Counted from the stretch's first letter, positions 27,320-38,011 are shown. The stretch: 60,274 nucleotides of DNA from a virus (IMGVR_UViG_3300033412_000014:1-60274); one strand, 5' to 3'. The notes: generated by a model not told the origin, from the sequence alone. Program-made: numbers and translations.

Positions 27320-28419
27320 GAGTAGGCCTTCCGCATCAGATGACCCATCGCAGCACCCTCCTGAAGCGGAAGAGTCCACGTCAGCTCAAGCCACTTCTCA
27401 CCCTGCCACTTAATCACGTCATAGGCGTCATGACGAGGATCCGGCGGAGTCGCCAGCTCCACCCGCTCGAAGATCGTCTGCCGAAGTGCCAGGTTCCGTG
27501 CGATGGATGCGACCTGCTGCTCCGTTCCTACCTGACGCTCACTGACACTCGGGATCACGAACCCACGGTTGACGATCGAGTGCGGTGCCGTCGTGGGCAC
27601 GTCGGCACGACCTACGATGGGAATGGCAGCGCCGTCCGTGGTGGTGCTTCCGTTCGATATGACGATGAACCGGTTCGGCGCGGTCAGCAGGTCATCCGAC
27701 TCGATGATGGAGCTACGAATCACACGGTTGCCCACGTCGAGGTCGAACGTAGGAATCACGGCCGCCGGGTCGAACGTGCGGATGAAGTGCATCTTCGTGT
27801 CGTTACCAAACCACGGTGAGAAGTAGTCGCCGTCCAGTGCGATCTGCTCCACGATCTGCCCGCGCGACGTGCCAGCGGTCCACGACCCGATCGTCGAGAA
27901 CGGTGAGGAAGCTATGTCGATGACGACGGGTAGGTTGCGCAGAAGTACCTCAATGGCATGCGCACACTGCATACCACCGCCACCCGTGTCAGCCAGGTCG
28001 GGATCACCGTGCGGTGAGAATCCCGTCTCGATCTGCTGATCTACGATGAACATCTCATCATAGAGCAGGGCGTTGATGATCTCACCGTTGGTGAACGTGA
28101 AACCCGTCCGATCGGCGAACATGTAACGACCCAACGGGAATGACTGACCACCGATCACCATGTACAGCAGAATCCGTGACTGGACGACGTTGATGAGTGC
28201 ACTTTCGTCAACACCGAATGAAAGACCTTGGATCTGTCGCTTGATCGTCCGTGTCGTGTCGTGTGACAGTGTCGGGATGGGTTCCTTGAGTGGGTGCAAT
28301 TCGATCGGGCGCTGCGCCTTAACGGCGTTGATGAGGATGAACTTGAACGTCGCCGTGCGCTGCCCAACCCAGTTCGGCATATCGAGCTGGGTTAAGATCT
28401 TTGGCGTGAGCAGGCTCAT
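27316..28419 (-). CDS. Minor tail (baseplate hub-like) protein
   Basis: Position after the large tail protein; FPLGRY and PNRFIV patterns seen in actinophage minor tails. Confidence 0.65.
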   Translation of the reverse strand: MSLLTPKILTQLDMPNWVGQRTATFKFILINAVKAQRPIELHPLKEPIPTLSHDTTRTIKRQIQGLSFGVDESALINVVQSRILLYMVIGGQSFPLGRYMFADRTGFTFTNGEIINALLYDEMFIVDQQIETGFSPHGDPDLADTGGGGMQCAHAIEVLLRNLPVVIDIASSPFSTIGSWTAGTSRGQIVEQIALDGDYFSPWFGNDTKMHFIRTFDPAAVIPTFDLDVGNRVIRSSIIESDDLLTAPNRFIVISNGSTTTDGAAIPIVGRADVPTTAPHSIVNRGFVIPSVSERQVGTEQQVASIARNLALRQTIFERVELATPPDPRHDAYDVIKWQGEKWLELTWTLPLQEGAAMGHLMRKAYS

Positions 28420-31400
28420 GACGTCACCGGTGCTGCCTCATCAGCCACCTCGGTCACCCGGATCTGTGCGAGGTAGAGTCGCCGCTTGTTGTTGACCGTC
28501 CCACTCGGGACGAGGACGTTGGCGTACCAGCGGTTGCCGAGCTCATCACGCACACAGACGTATGGTAGGTCGGCCCAAGCAAGATCACGCAAGCTGTGGA
28601 AGTTGGCGAGACTGGGTACGGGGATCGCGGCTGCCTGCACAAGCATGACTCGGTCAAACATCTCACCTCCTCGCTCCAGTGGTCGGAACGCGACCTGGAA
28701 GTCTCGCCCATACATCTTCAGCATGACCTGCGTGTCCGCCTCAGGGAAGGCAAACATTTCAATCGGTTGGCCTTCCCAAACCATTGGGTACACCAGGTTG
28801 CTCCCAGGTGCCTGGTTAGAGGTGAAGATCAGTATGCTTTCACCGGTGTTGCTACCACTACCGGTTACGCCCGGAGACGTCAACGTCGCGGCCCCAGTCA
28901 CCCAGGGACCGGCGAACGCCAGGCTGTCGAGGAATCGAGCACGGTAACGACTCTCCATCCCTACGCGTGCCTCGAAGTCCTTCATTGACGTGAAGCAGTA
29001 GTTCTGCGCCTGCAGGATGGTCTGCCAGTCGTTGCCATCCTCGTCGTCCTGACGCTGGATCTCCAGTGTCGCGTTCGTGTATCGCACATCAGCCGCGTAG
29101 AAGTTGTCCATGTACATCGTCACCGGAAGTGTGTTCGTGTTTCCGGTCTCGAGTCGTCCTTGCATGCCAGCCAGTGTACCCAGTGGAGGCGGACTCGTCG
29201 TGTCCTGGAACACGACCTGCCACGATGACGGTGGTGTGCTGTCGATGTTCCACGCGGCACCATAGACCCACGTACCGACAGCCTGAAGCATCACCGCGAT
29301 CTTCGAGTTGGCACCGTACTGTCCAATGACGTTCGTCACCGTCAAGAGGGTACCTACGCCTGCGACACGCTTACTAACCTGAAGCGTGAAGGTGCCACCG
29401 GTTCCGAGGACCACGGTCGCCGTGTAGTAGTTGGCAGAGTCAGTCACCCGGGCAAGCAGTCGCGCCGTGATCGATGAACCGATAGCGAGTGCATCAACAC
29501 TGAACTCGGCATAGGCACGCTGGTTGGCGTTGCCCACTGCGATCAACGTCGTGTAGAAGTCATTCACCGCGTTGAAGGTGATGACACCCCGTTCACCGTC
29601 GACGTACGCGGTGTTGCTAAGGCCGGTGTCAAGCGACCACGCGTCACCCGAACTGGACGTCCCAAACTCCTCGGCCGTCGTGGTCGTTCGCTCGAACTGA
29701 TCGCACGCGATCGGCATGTCCCAGGTGAGGTTCACATACTTGATGCCAGTGGGAATGCAGTTGGGTGGAAGGCTGCACTCGGTCGCGACACCCGTGACGG
29801 CCTGCGTGGCTACACCCAGCGTGAAGCTGGTTGGCGCGGGTAGACTCTGTGCGAGAACCACGGTCGCGTCGGACAGTGAGTCCACCGTCGAACTCGTCTG
29901 GTTCGGACCCTTCCACGTCAGCTCGGTGGTCGCACCACCCGGTGGATCGTATGACATGACGTTGAGGTTGGGCGTCGTGCTGTACATCTGCGCACCCAGC
30001 ACCTGCCACTGGTTACCCGCGGTTTCACCTACGGCGGACCACACCACCGTTTGAACCGAGTCACCACTGACCGCCACACTGCCGGTGAGGTCCAGCGTGA
30101 CCTCACGCCATCCGTTGATGATCTCATCGAGATCATTGAAGTCATCCACCGTGATCGACGCGGTGGCCGAGCCGATCGTCACCTTAAGCGGCACCGTTGT
30201 GTTCTCGAACCGCCGCGCATAGTAACGCACCTGGGTGTAGAACGCGGTCGTGCTGATCTCTTGACGAACGTGGATGTCCTGCGTGGCGGTGATCGCTCCG
30301 TACACGGGCGCACCGATCTGGTTCGCATACCCATGACAACCGGTGACGGCCGCTACCGCCGTCAGCAGGGTGACGTCGTTGATGACGTCCGTTTCCTCAA
30401 CACTGAAGGAGGTGTCGACGACGATGGTGGGCTTGAACACACGTCCTTCGACCGGCCAGTCTTCATTGAGCTGCTGGATCGCGGCGTATGTAGGCGGTGA
30501 CTTACCCGCGTTGAAGTTGCTCACGGGGCGGTGTGTTGCGGTTACGAGGTACGTGCCAGGTGTTAAGACCTTACCTAGTGCGTATGAGGTGTCACGCAGT
30601 GGTACGCGGTTTTCACCGATCTGCAGCGATGGGTTGGTGGCCAACGCGATCGACATCTCACGGTAGCCGCCGTAGGCGACTCGCGTTTCCTCGCAGTAGA
30701 AGATCTCAAGAGCCATGTACCCGATGTTCATCGTGCCGACTGACACGGTCCCATCGAATAGGTTGGCGGTGAGAACGATCTGCTGTTGGATGTTAATCGC
30801 GGCCGCCGTGTCAAGGTTGGCGAGTTCTTGATAGCGCCACGGGAAGATCGTCCCACCGACGAACGTCGAGACGCCGGGACCCCACACCGGGTTCCAGTCG
30901 CCGAGGTCGATGTAGTTGATCTGGTCGACGAACGCAAGTGACGTGGTCAGTGAACCGTTGCTCGTTCCACCTTCAGCACCTTGCTGCCAGAAGAAGCTCT
31001 CCGAATACGCCGCCTTACGTGCGATGCCGATCTCAAGAGCGTCGAGCGTGTTGAGTGTTTCACCACCCAGTGTGTACGCGAGCCGCATCTTAACGATGCG
31101 CTTACCCGACAGCTCGTTGGCGTACGCGGTTGTGTTGAAGTTCAGGCCAAGCACATCGCTATCGGTGGCACTACTGAGCCACGACACGAACAGGGTGTCG
31201 GAGGGGTTGCTTAAGCACTGCGCGACGGTTCCACCGATCGCCACGATGTTGCTACCGGTGATGCTGCCGGACTGCACCGGAATCGTGACCTTGCGAACCG
31301 GACCCGTGTCGTATGCGGTGATCTCGGGATAGACACTTACGCCTTCCATCGTGTTCGCGATGAGAGGCGCGGGTACGGCGTTGAGGCCGATGCTCCCCGA

Positions 31401-31532
31401 CACGACTGTGGCGGAGTGATCGAGTCGCATGATGTAGCCGTACTCGTCGAAGTTGTCCGGTAGGAAGTCCGCTTGCTTGATCGGCACCCACTCCATGCCG
31501 ATGTTCTGAGGTGACCGCGGGTTGTAGTCCAC
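28416..31532 (-). CDS. Large minor tail protein (distal tail/receptor-binding fusion)
   Basis: 1038 aa, Thr/Ser/Val-rich beta content, directly after the tape measure gene; C-terminal VCVRDELG. Confidence 0.7.
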   Translation of the reverse strand: MDYNPRSPQNIGMEWVPIKQADFLPDNFDEYGYIMRLDHSATVVSGSIGLNAVPAPLIANTMEGVSVYPEITAYDTGPVRKVTIPVQSGSITGSNIVAIGGTVAQCLSNPSDTLFVSWLSSATDSDVLGLNFNTTAYANELSGKRIVKMRLAYTLGGETLNTLDALEIGIARKAAYSESFFWQQGAEGGTSNGSLTTSLAFVDQINYIDLGDWNPVWGPGVSTFVGGTIFPWRYQELANLDTAAAINIQQQIVLTANLFDGTVSVGTMNIGYMALEIFYCEETRVAYGGYREMSIALATNPSLQIGENRVPLRDTSYALGKVLTPGTYLVTATHRPVSNFNAGKSPPTYAAIQQLNEDWPVEGRVFKPTIVVDTSFSVEETDVINDVTLLTAVAAVTGCHGYANQIGAPVYGAITATQDIHVRQEISTTAFYTQVRYYARRFENTTVPLKVTIGSATASITVDDFNDLDEIINGWREVTLDLTGSVAVSGDSVQTVVWSAVGETAGNQWQVLGAQMYSTTPNLNVMSYDPPGGATTELTWKGPNQTSSTVDSLSDATVVLAQSLPAPTSFTLGVATQAVTGVATECSLPPNCIPTGIKYVNLTWDMPIACDQFERTTTTAEEFGTSSSGDAWSLDTGLSNTAYVDGERGVITFNAVNDFYTTLIAVGNANQRAYAEFSVDALAIGSSITARLLARVTDSANYYTATVVLGTGGTFTLQVSKRVAGVGTLLTVTNVIGQYGANSKIAVMLQAVGTWVYGAAWNIDSTPPSSWQVVFQDTTSPPPLGTLAGMQGRLETGNTNTLPVTMYMDNFYAADVRYTNATLEIQRQDDEDGNDWQTILQAQNYCFTSMKDFEARVGMESRYRARFLDSLAFAGPWVTGAATLTSPGVTGSGSNTGESILIFTSNQAPGSNLVYPMVWEGQPIEMFAFPEADTQVMLKMYGRDFQVAFRPLERGGEMFDRVMLVQAAAIPVPSLANFHSLRDLAWADLPYVCVRDELGNRWYANVLVPSGTVNNKRRLYLAQIRVTEVADEAAPVTS

Positions 31533-34159
31533 TAGAGTGCCCTCACCGTCGCCTTGATGTCTCGCTTGGCCAGCACGTCGAGGATACCCATGCCGACGGC
31601 GTTGCCGACCGTCCGTGCTTCCTGTGCCGTCGGTGTCACACCCTCGAAGGTCACCGCGATCGCACCCGGCCCAAAGGTGATGTTCGTACCACCTGATACG
31701 TCCTTAATGATCGCCTTCAACTTGCTGAGAGGAGAGACAACCTCGTCCTCGCCACCTTCAGCGATCTGCGCGATCGTACCACCAGGTCGCGCTCGCACAA
31801 GAGCGCCCTTAGCGAGCTGCGGAATGCGGGGTAGGTCACCGGGGAGGAACTTATCCACCTCGGCGATGCCCTCATTGATCTTGCTGATGGCACGGTTGAT
31901 CATTCGCTTGATCGCGTCACCGATCCGACCACCGACGTCATTAACGAACCCGCCCAGCTTACTCGGCAGGTTGCGAATGAACCCGATGATCGCGTCCACA
32001 GCCGACGACGCCTTCTGCTTACCACCACTGAAGATCCGTGAGAAGAAGTTCGATATGGCGCTACCGATCGAGCTCGCGAGAGCACTGATCCGACCAGGCA
32101 GCGATCGAACGAAGTTCACGACGGTGTTGACGCCATCCAGTGTGAGCTGCTTCGCCTTCGCCCACGCGTCGATGAAGAACCGTGAGATGATGCCAGGCAA
32201 CTGCGTAACGAAGTTCGTCACGAGTGCGATGCCGTCTCGCGTGATGTCGACGACGTTGCCCCACAGCTGCGTGAAGAATGCGGCAACAGCTCCCGGGATC
32301 CTCGAGATGATCTCTGCGATCTTCTTCGGCAGAGTCGTGAACGTAAACACCACGAGGCCGATGGCAATGCCGACACGTCGAAGGAAGTCATCCAGCATCG
32401 TTTGAATGAACCCGAGAATGACACCCGGCAACGCCTGAATCGCGGCGAGGATCTTTCCAGGAAGCGACTTGAAGAAGTTGACGACCCCGTCGATGAAGTT
32501 ACCGATCTTGTCGACTATCCCACCAACGAAGTCAACGACCGTGGTGAAACCTTCCGCGACCGCGTGTCCGATTCCGACGAAGAATCGTCCAATGGCACCG
32601 GCTGCTTTGCCGACAGCCTTGGAACCCGATACAACCGCGTCGATGAGGAAGTGAAACCAGCCGATGCCGAACGCGATGGCCTTGGCGAGCAAGGTGATGA
32701 CGGTAACGGTGACCTTGATGTTGTCGATGAAGTCCTGAAGTGTGCGCTGTCCCTCAGCCGAGTTGAAGAAGTCCGCCAGCTTGTTGACCATGTCGGTCAG
32801 CGTCTGGATGAAGTCACGACCCTCGTCATCGGCGTTGCCAAAGATCGCGGCAAGGAGTCGGCCGAGAGCACCGATGAGGCCGAAGAGCTTCTTCGTGGTC
32901 GCGATCGCGTCCTCGACGAACTTGTTGAACGCACCCGACTTAATCGACGCGTTAACGAACTCGTTGACCTTGTCAAGCAGTCCAGCGAAGGCAGAGCCGA
33001 GGCGCTCGACGAACGGCAGTCCCGCCACCGCGACGTTCAGTAGCGTGTCAAGCAGGGTCACCAATGGCACATTGATCTTGTTCAGTATGCTCGCGGTTGT
33101 GTCGAAGATCGCATTGATGTTCTTGATGACGCCGTCCTGCTGGGCGAAAGCGAGGAAGTTTTCAGCGATGTGACCGAGTGCGTCGGCTACGTGGTTGATC
33201 GAGCGCTGAAGGCCGGGCAGCAGGATGCGAGCCGTCTCGCTGATGTCACCCGTAATCGGTGCAAAGAACGACTGCTGGATGTTCTTACGGAACGTGCCGA
33301 AGACCTTGTTGAGACCGGTGATCTCTTTAGCCACCTCGCGTGCCGCCGGTGACAGCTTCTTCATCGCAGCGGCGATCTTCTCAGGGTCACCCTTGTTGAT
33401 CGCGTCGATCGCGTCACCGAGTCCCTGGAACGCGAACACAAGAGGAACGACGGCCGCGACGAGCACGCCAAGGGTCGCAGGAAGTGGGCCGATCAGACCG
33501 ATAAGGTCACCCAGTGCGCCACCCAATGCGATAACCGGACCGATCGCGGCGGCGATCGCGGTGATCGTCCCGAGGATGGCGACTAGTCCAGCGGGGGTCG
33601 GCGCCGCGGCACCAAGGCCGACGAGTGCCGAGCCGAGTGAGACGATCGTCTCACCCGTCTTAGACAGCACCCTGTTGAAGAACGAGAACCGATCGTTGAG
33701 GTTGTCCGTCGCCTTCTCACCTGAGTGCTGCATGCGAAGTGATTCGATCGCGGCGACTCGCTGTGCCTCACGGAAGGCGTCTTCGATCCGTTCGCCCATG
33801 CGCTCGAACGAGTCAGCTGTCGCGTCCGCGGCGAGCTTTCCCACCTCGGCGATGAGCTCTTCGGCGCCCACGCCCTCGGCGGAGACCGCCTTGAACATCC
33901 GTTCGATCTTGTCACCGGCGGCGTTGAACGACTTCTCCAAGACGGTCGTCGTGACCTTGCCGTCCTTGGCGATCGTCGTGAAGGTTCGTTCGATCTCACG
34001 GCCCGCGGCGTCAAACGCCTTGGTGATCTTCCGTTCGAGCAGCTGGGTTTGCCGGTTGACCTTCTCGTACGCCTTCTCGACATCACTGTTGAGTTCACGT
34101 GAGAAGTCACGTGTATCGGGTTCGATCTCGACGAACGCGCGGTCAACCGGCTGGGTCAC
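31532..34159 (-). CDS. Tape measure protein
   Basis: Ala/Gly/Ile-rich helical repeats; N-terminal AFVEIEPD; C-terminal IPQLAKG...IAEGGEDEVVSPL. Confidence 0.92.
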   Translation of the reverse strand: MTQPVDRAFVEIEPDTRDFSRELNSDVEKAYEKVNRQTQLLERKITKAFDAAGREIERTFTTIAKDGKVTTTVLEKSFNAAGDKIERMFKAVSAEGVGAEELIAEVGKLAADATADSFERMGERIEDAFREAQRVAAIESLRMQHSGEKATDNLNDRFSFFNRVLSKTGETIVSLGSALVGLGAAAPTPAGLVAILGTITAIAAAIGPVIALGGALGDLIGLIGPLPATLGVLVAAVVPLVFAFQGLGDAIDAINKGDPEKIAAAMKKLSPAAREVAKEITGLNKVFGTFRKNIQQSFFAPITGDISETARILLPGLQRSINHVADALGHIAENFLAFAQQDGVIKNINAIFDTTASILNKINVPLVTLLDTLLNVAVAGLPFVERLGSAFAGLLDKVNEFVNASIKSGAFNKFVEDAIATTKKLFGLIGALGRLLAAIFGNADDEGRDFIQTLTDMVNKLADFFNSAEGQRTLQDFIDNIKVTVTVITLLAKAIAFGIGWFHFLIDAVVSGSKAVGKAAGAIGRFFVGIGHAVAEGFTTVVDFVGGIVDKIGNFIDGVVNFFKSLPGKILAAIQALPGVILGFIQTMLDDFLRRVGIAIGLVVFTFTTLPKKIAEIISRIPGAVAAFFTQLWGNVVDITRDGIALVTNFVTQLPGIISRFFIDAWAKAKQLTLDGVNTVVNFVRSLPGRISALASSIGSAISNFFSRIFSGGKQKASSAVDAIIGFIRNLPSKLGGFVNDVGGRIGDAIKRMINRAISKINEGIAEVDKFLPGDLPRIPQLAKGALVRARPGGTIAQIAEGGEDEVVSPLSKLKAIIKDVSGGTNITFGPGAIAVTFEGVTPTAQEARTVGNAVGMGILDVLAKRDIKATVRAL

Positions 34160-34162
34160 CGT

Positions 34163-34513
34163 TTACCTCCGGAGGGTGCCCTGGCGCATCTGCGTGGAGA
34201 GTAGCATGTTCGCACTCATGGACGAGTCGTGGTCGTCATCCGTCCACCAGCTCGGCACGGGAATGCCACGCTCGTCAACGCGATTACGTCCGAGGGTTCG
34301 AACGCTGCCACGTGGCGGGAGAAGTGTCCTGTTCAACTCGGCGTGCCTCTCTTCATCGACGGTTGTGAGCAGGTAGCGGTGGATCAGGTTGCAGAGGCGG
34401 TCAAGACCGAGCTCGTCAGGGTCGACACCTCGCTCGCAGCACCAACCATCGAAGAGGTTCCAGTTTCCCCCGTCGCTGAGCCATCCGAAGAGCTCGACGA
34501 CGGCGCCGTAGGG
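34163..34513 (-). CDS. Tail assembly chaperone -1 frameshift extension
   Basis: Open -1 frame PYGAVVELFGW...PSWW...LRR* ends 4 nt before the tape measure start and has no credible own start. Confidence 0.7.
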   Translation of the reverse strand, partial: PYGAVVELFGWLSDGGNWNLFDGWCCERGVDPDELGLDRLCNLIHRYLLTTVDEERHAELNRTLLPPRGSVRTLGRNRVDERGIPVPSWWTDDDHDSSMSANMLLSTQMRQGTLRR

Positions 34514-34806
34514 CGAGCACCGATCTCCTCCGTGAGGTACTCGATGATCTCGAGCGCCTGGTTGATGTCCAGCGGGTTCGTCTTACTCCGCAGCCGATCC
34601 TGCATCAGCTTGGCGGACTCATCAGTCAGCATCACGTCGAAGAACTCGCCGATCGCGAGCATCTTCTCGTCGAGGGTGGCGGCACCCTGGATCTGACCAA
34701 CGATGCCGCCTACGAGCATCGCGGCGGCGCCGGGCACGGGAGTGAACGTATCACCGTCGGCGGTGAACGGTTCGAGGTTCTTCTTCCGGGAGAAGTCTTT
34801 GGTCAT
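34384..34806 (-). CDS. Tail assembly chaperone (short form)
   Basis: Position before the tape measure gene; RPT followed by a Ser-rich tail. Confidence 0.8.
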   Translation of the reverse strand: MTKDFSRKKNLEPFTADGDTFTPVPGAAAMLVGGIVGQIQGAATLDEKMLAIGEFFDVMLTDESAKLMQDRLRSKTNPLDINQALEIIEYLTEEIGARPTAPSSSSSDGSATGETGTSSMVGAASEVSTLTSSVLTASAT

Positions 34807-34847
34807 GGAACGAACGTAACCGATCTCTCAGGTGACGTGAAACAGTG

Positions 34848-35300
34848 TCATATCGTCGTCTGTGGTCCGATCCTGGCGGCGATCAGCGCGTTGGCGAGGA
34901 ACGGGTTCGGTCGCATACCCTTGACAGCCTTAGCGAACACATACTTGTTCGATCCGTGCGGCTTGAACCGCAGGTAGCGCTTCGTCTTAGGTGTGATCAT
35001 CCGATGTTCAGGGCCGTAGAGTCCGGTGCCGTCATGCACCCAGATCGCGTAACGCACGTTGGTACCGATCTGCACCGCGAGGACACGTGAACTCTTCTTC
35101 TTAAGCTGCACCGAGATCGACGCACGCAGCTTACCCGTGTCAACACGCTTTGGTCCGGACGCTCCGCCACCGAGGTTCTTCCTCGCCTGCGCCTGCACAC
35201 GGTAACCACGCACCAGCATCGCTTTAGCGACGGGGCCGCTAGGTCCGGTCAGCACCTGCTCGATCGCGGCGGGATTGAGGTGATGTGTGACCTTAGCCAC
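34848..35300 (-). CDS. HK97 gp10-like neck/tail completion protein
   Basis: VDTGKLRASI, YAIWVHDGT and PNPFL..AL. Confidence 0.8.
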   Translation of the reverse strand: MAKVTHHLNPAAIEQVLTGPSGPVAKAMLVRGYRVQAQARKNLGGGASGPKRVDTGKLRASISVQLKKKSSRVLAVQIGTNVRYAIWVHDGTGLYGPEHRMITPKTKRYLRFKPHGSNKYVFAKAVKGMRPNPFLANALIAARIGPQTTI

Positions 35301-35308
35301 GTCACCTC

Positions 35309-35851
35309 CTAGATGATCTGGATGCTGAAGACGATCGAGACCTCACCGGCATCACCGTTCACCTGACGATCGATGGACGACACGCGGTAGTCATCAATGG
35401 CGTAGGTACGCTTCATCTGACTAAGGCAGCACATCACTGCCTCACGCATGTAGAAGCCCTCGATCGACTGCCAGAGTGCCGCCTGCGTCTGCTGCTCGGG
35501 TGACGGTGGTGTCCTACCGTCGTTGCTGGGTGACGGGTGATACTCACAGCGAACCAGCGACCCAATCACACGAACCGCCGACGGACCCATCACGCATCCC
35601 GCGTTCGGATCTTCCAGCTCCTCGACAGGGAACCGTGAGGATGCGTAAGGACCGTGCTGGAAGACGAAGCCGAGCTGCGAGCAGTTCCGTCCCTTACCGC
35701 CACCGATGTCCCAAGGCACCTCCTGCCCAGGTGCGATCAGCACACGGTCGGGTCGGCCAAGTGTGCCGTTGGAGGTGTTGTCTTCCAGCGACTGTGCGAC
35801 GCACTCGGCGACACCCGTCACCGCGATGAAGAAGGAGATCGGCGTGATCAT
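35309..35851 (-). CDS. Probable tail terminator
   Basis: Position and size in the head-tail junction module. Confidence 0.55.
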   Translation of the reverse strand: MITPISFFIAVTGVAECVAQSLEDNTSNGTLGRPDRVLIAPGQEVPWDIGGGKGRNCSQLGFVFQHGPYASSRFPVEELEDPNAGCVMGPSAVRVIGSLVRCEYHPSPSNDGRTPPSPEQQTQAALWQSIEGFYMREAVMCCLSQMKRTYAIDDYRVSSIDRQVNGDAGEVSIVFSIQII

Positions 35852-37530
35852 CAGCTGATCACCGTACCCGTCACGCGATAGCCGGGACCATCCACATCGT
35901 AGAGTCGCGGACGAGCGGGCAGCTTGTTCGGGTTGTAACGCTGGATGAACTGATCCACGTACTTGAGGCCGGTGAACCCGTTCTGCACGAGAGTCGCCAC
36001 GTCATCGATCGTGAACGACAGACCCTGACGAGTCACGTTCGTCACGTTGTCAGGAAGCGCGCAGTCATCACCCAAGACGTCTGCGATGATCTGGCAGAGT
36101 AGCTGCCCCATCGCGAACTTACCGAGCGTGGGCAGTGGGAGACCGTAGATCGCGGTGACGGACCACGTACCCGACTCGGTGATGCCCTTCGTCAAGTCGT
36201 TACAGAGAGGCCACTGGTTGCCACCGAGACGAACGAGCTTCCGGTAGTCATCCAGACGGTAGTCGGTCCCGTTGACCAGCACCTCACCGTCAACCGTGAC
36301 CTGGGCGATCTCACGCACGGGTCCAGGAAGCAGTGTCTCACTGACGATCGTGCATGAACAGTCGGTGCCACACGTTCCACACGCGATGTTGTACCACAGG
36401 CCATTGATCAGCGCCGGTACCGGTCCACCACCGTATTCCCACCAGCCGGCCGATAGCCGGGGCCAGACATCCCCGAAGCAACTTTTACGGCACGGCCGGA
36501 CAGTTACCTGGCAGGTGTCAAACTGCTGTGCTGAGGCGTAGTAGAGGATCTCGCTGGCGGCTTGAACCGCGTAGCCTGAGATCGCGGCCGACTCGATGGG
36601 AAGCGGCACGCAGAAGCCAACCCATTCATAGGATCGGCACGGACCCGGTGAGTAGAAGTCGTCAGGCAAGACTACCGGCCCTCCCGTGATCGACGACCCG
36701 CTGATCGCAAGTGCGCCTAGGTTGACGGTCGCCACACCGACGGCCGTGCGTTGTCCCACCGCTGTGATGGCGAGATCGTTCAGGTTGACGGTAGCACCAC
36801 CAAGAACCGTTACCTGGCCGGTCGCTGTAACATCCAGCGGGCCGAGGTCGACGGATGCGGAACCGGTGACGGTGGCTCCACCGATCGGGAGGAAGATGCC
36901 GACCCACGCGTTGGATCGTCCCGTGCCGGAGCAGTTCGGCTGTGGCGAGACGGTCGTCGCCGTTGGGAGCGTCTGCTGGTCGATCGTGAGCAGCTTGTTC
37001 GTCGACTCGAGAACCTCACTAAAACCCGCTGAGGGAGTCCAGTTGCCGGTCGTCCAGTTCGTCGCGACACCGACAGCGAATCGATTGGGTCCGGAGCTCG
37101 CGGCCGAGACGAGAGGTGCGTCGTTGACGTTGTCGGTTCCGCTGGTCGCACCGTCCGCCGCGTCGAACGGACTACCCGTGGTCTTCACGTCTTGAACGGC
37201 GAACGCGAAGCCCTCACAGAACGGTGTCGGTGAACCGATGCCGGGTACGACGGTGAACGTGTACGGTCCGGCACCTACGACACTACGTCGCCCGAAGAAC
37301 CCAAAGAGGCTGTGGTTCGGTGCGCCGTTAAACGCGTTGAACTGCCGCAGGTCTGGACACGCGCTGAAGCCCGTAGGAAGGGTGCTGGAGATGTCCGTCC
37401 GTGCGTCATCCTGGAACCACGCGCAGACGATCACGTCATCGGGTTGAGTTCCAGCGGGTTCCGCGAACGTGGGAGTGCCGGTGCTGCCACTAAGTGCCGC
37501 GCCTACCGCGCGAATGGACGGCGCGACCAC
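35851..37530 (-). CDS. Head-to-tail adaptor fused to an N-terminal fibre-like domain
   Basis: C-terminal AASEILY..S...F...VRPC, LPGPV and VTRQG adaptor motifs; N-terminal beta-rich domain plus three ~21-aa repeats. Confidence 0.7.
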   Translation of the reverse strand: MVAPSIRAVGAALSGSTGTPTFAEPAGTQPDDVIVCAWFQDDARTDISSTLPTGFSACPDLRQFNAFNGAPNHSLFGFFGRRSVVGAGPYTFTVVPGIGSPTPFCEGFAFAVQDVKTTGSPFDAADGATSGTDNVNDAPLVSAASSGPNRFAVGVATNWTTGNWTPSAGFSEVLESTNKLLTIDQQTLPTATTVSPQPNCSGTGRSNAWVGIFLPIGGATVTGSASVDLGPLDVTATGQVTVLGGATVNLNDLAITAVGQRTAVGVATVNLGALAISGSSITGGPVVLPDDFYSPGPCRSYEWVGFCVPLPIESAAISGYAVQAASEILYYASAQQFDTCQVTVRPCRKSCFGDVWPRLSAGWWEYGGGPVPALINGLWYNIACGTCGTDCSCTIVSETLLPGPVREIAQVTVDGEVLVNGTDYRLDDYRKLVRLGGNQWPLCNDLTKGITESGTWSVTAIYGLPLPTLGKFAMGQLLCQIIADVLGDDCALPDNVTNVTRQGLSFTIDDVATLVQNGFTGLKYVDQFIQRYNPNKLPARPRLYDVDGPGYRVTGTVIS

Positions 37531-37532
37531 GG

Positions 37533-37910
37533 CTAGCTCGCGAGGGTGACGTTACCGTCGAGCTGCCCGGCGGGAATGCGGAAGTTGTCACCTGAGGAGA
37601 CGGGGTTGGCGGTGACGGTGCCGGAACCTCCGAACACACCGCCTGCGGCGAGGGTCCAGAACGAGCAGTTCACGTAGGTCTCACTCGTCGAGACGTTCGT
37701 CCAGTCGATGTCCGCGGCGTTGTCGATGTGCCCGGCTGCGGCGGCGTTCATCAACGCGGAGACGTCGACTCGCACGGTGTTTCCCGCGACGTTGTTCGTT
37801 CCGTTCGCACCCGGCTGACCGATGTGAAGCTGCATCCACGGGTATGTGGCGAAGAAGTTGTTCAGCGCGTTGTTACCCGCGGTCGGACCCCATCCCGGTG
37901 GCATACTCAC
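37533..37910 (-). CDS. Small virion structural (fibre-associated) protein
   Basis: QLH...PG..GT.N, R...W and GD.F.IP.G.L pattern. Confidence 0.6.
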   Translation of the reverse strand: MSMPPGWGPTAGNNALNNFFATYPWMQLHIGQPGANGTNNVAGNTVRVDVSALMNAAAAGHIDNAADIDWTNVSTSETYVNCSFWTLAAGGVFGGSGTVTANPVSSGDNFRIPAGQLDGNVTLAS

Positions 37911-37924
37911 TCCCTCTACGTTAA

Positions 37925-37964
37925 ACGACCGGACGGCGTGACCTCCATCATGCCGTCCGGTCGT
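37925..37964 (-). terminator. 17-bp hairpin terminator after the major tail gene
   Basis: ACGACCGGACGGCGTGA / TCATGCCGTCCGGTCGT followed by TTT on the minus strand. Confidence 0.7.
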
Positions 37965-38011
37965 CTCTTCCCCCGGATCTTACCTCGTCTCCGACGCCGA
38001 CGTGGAGACAT

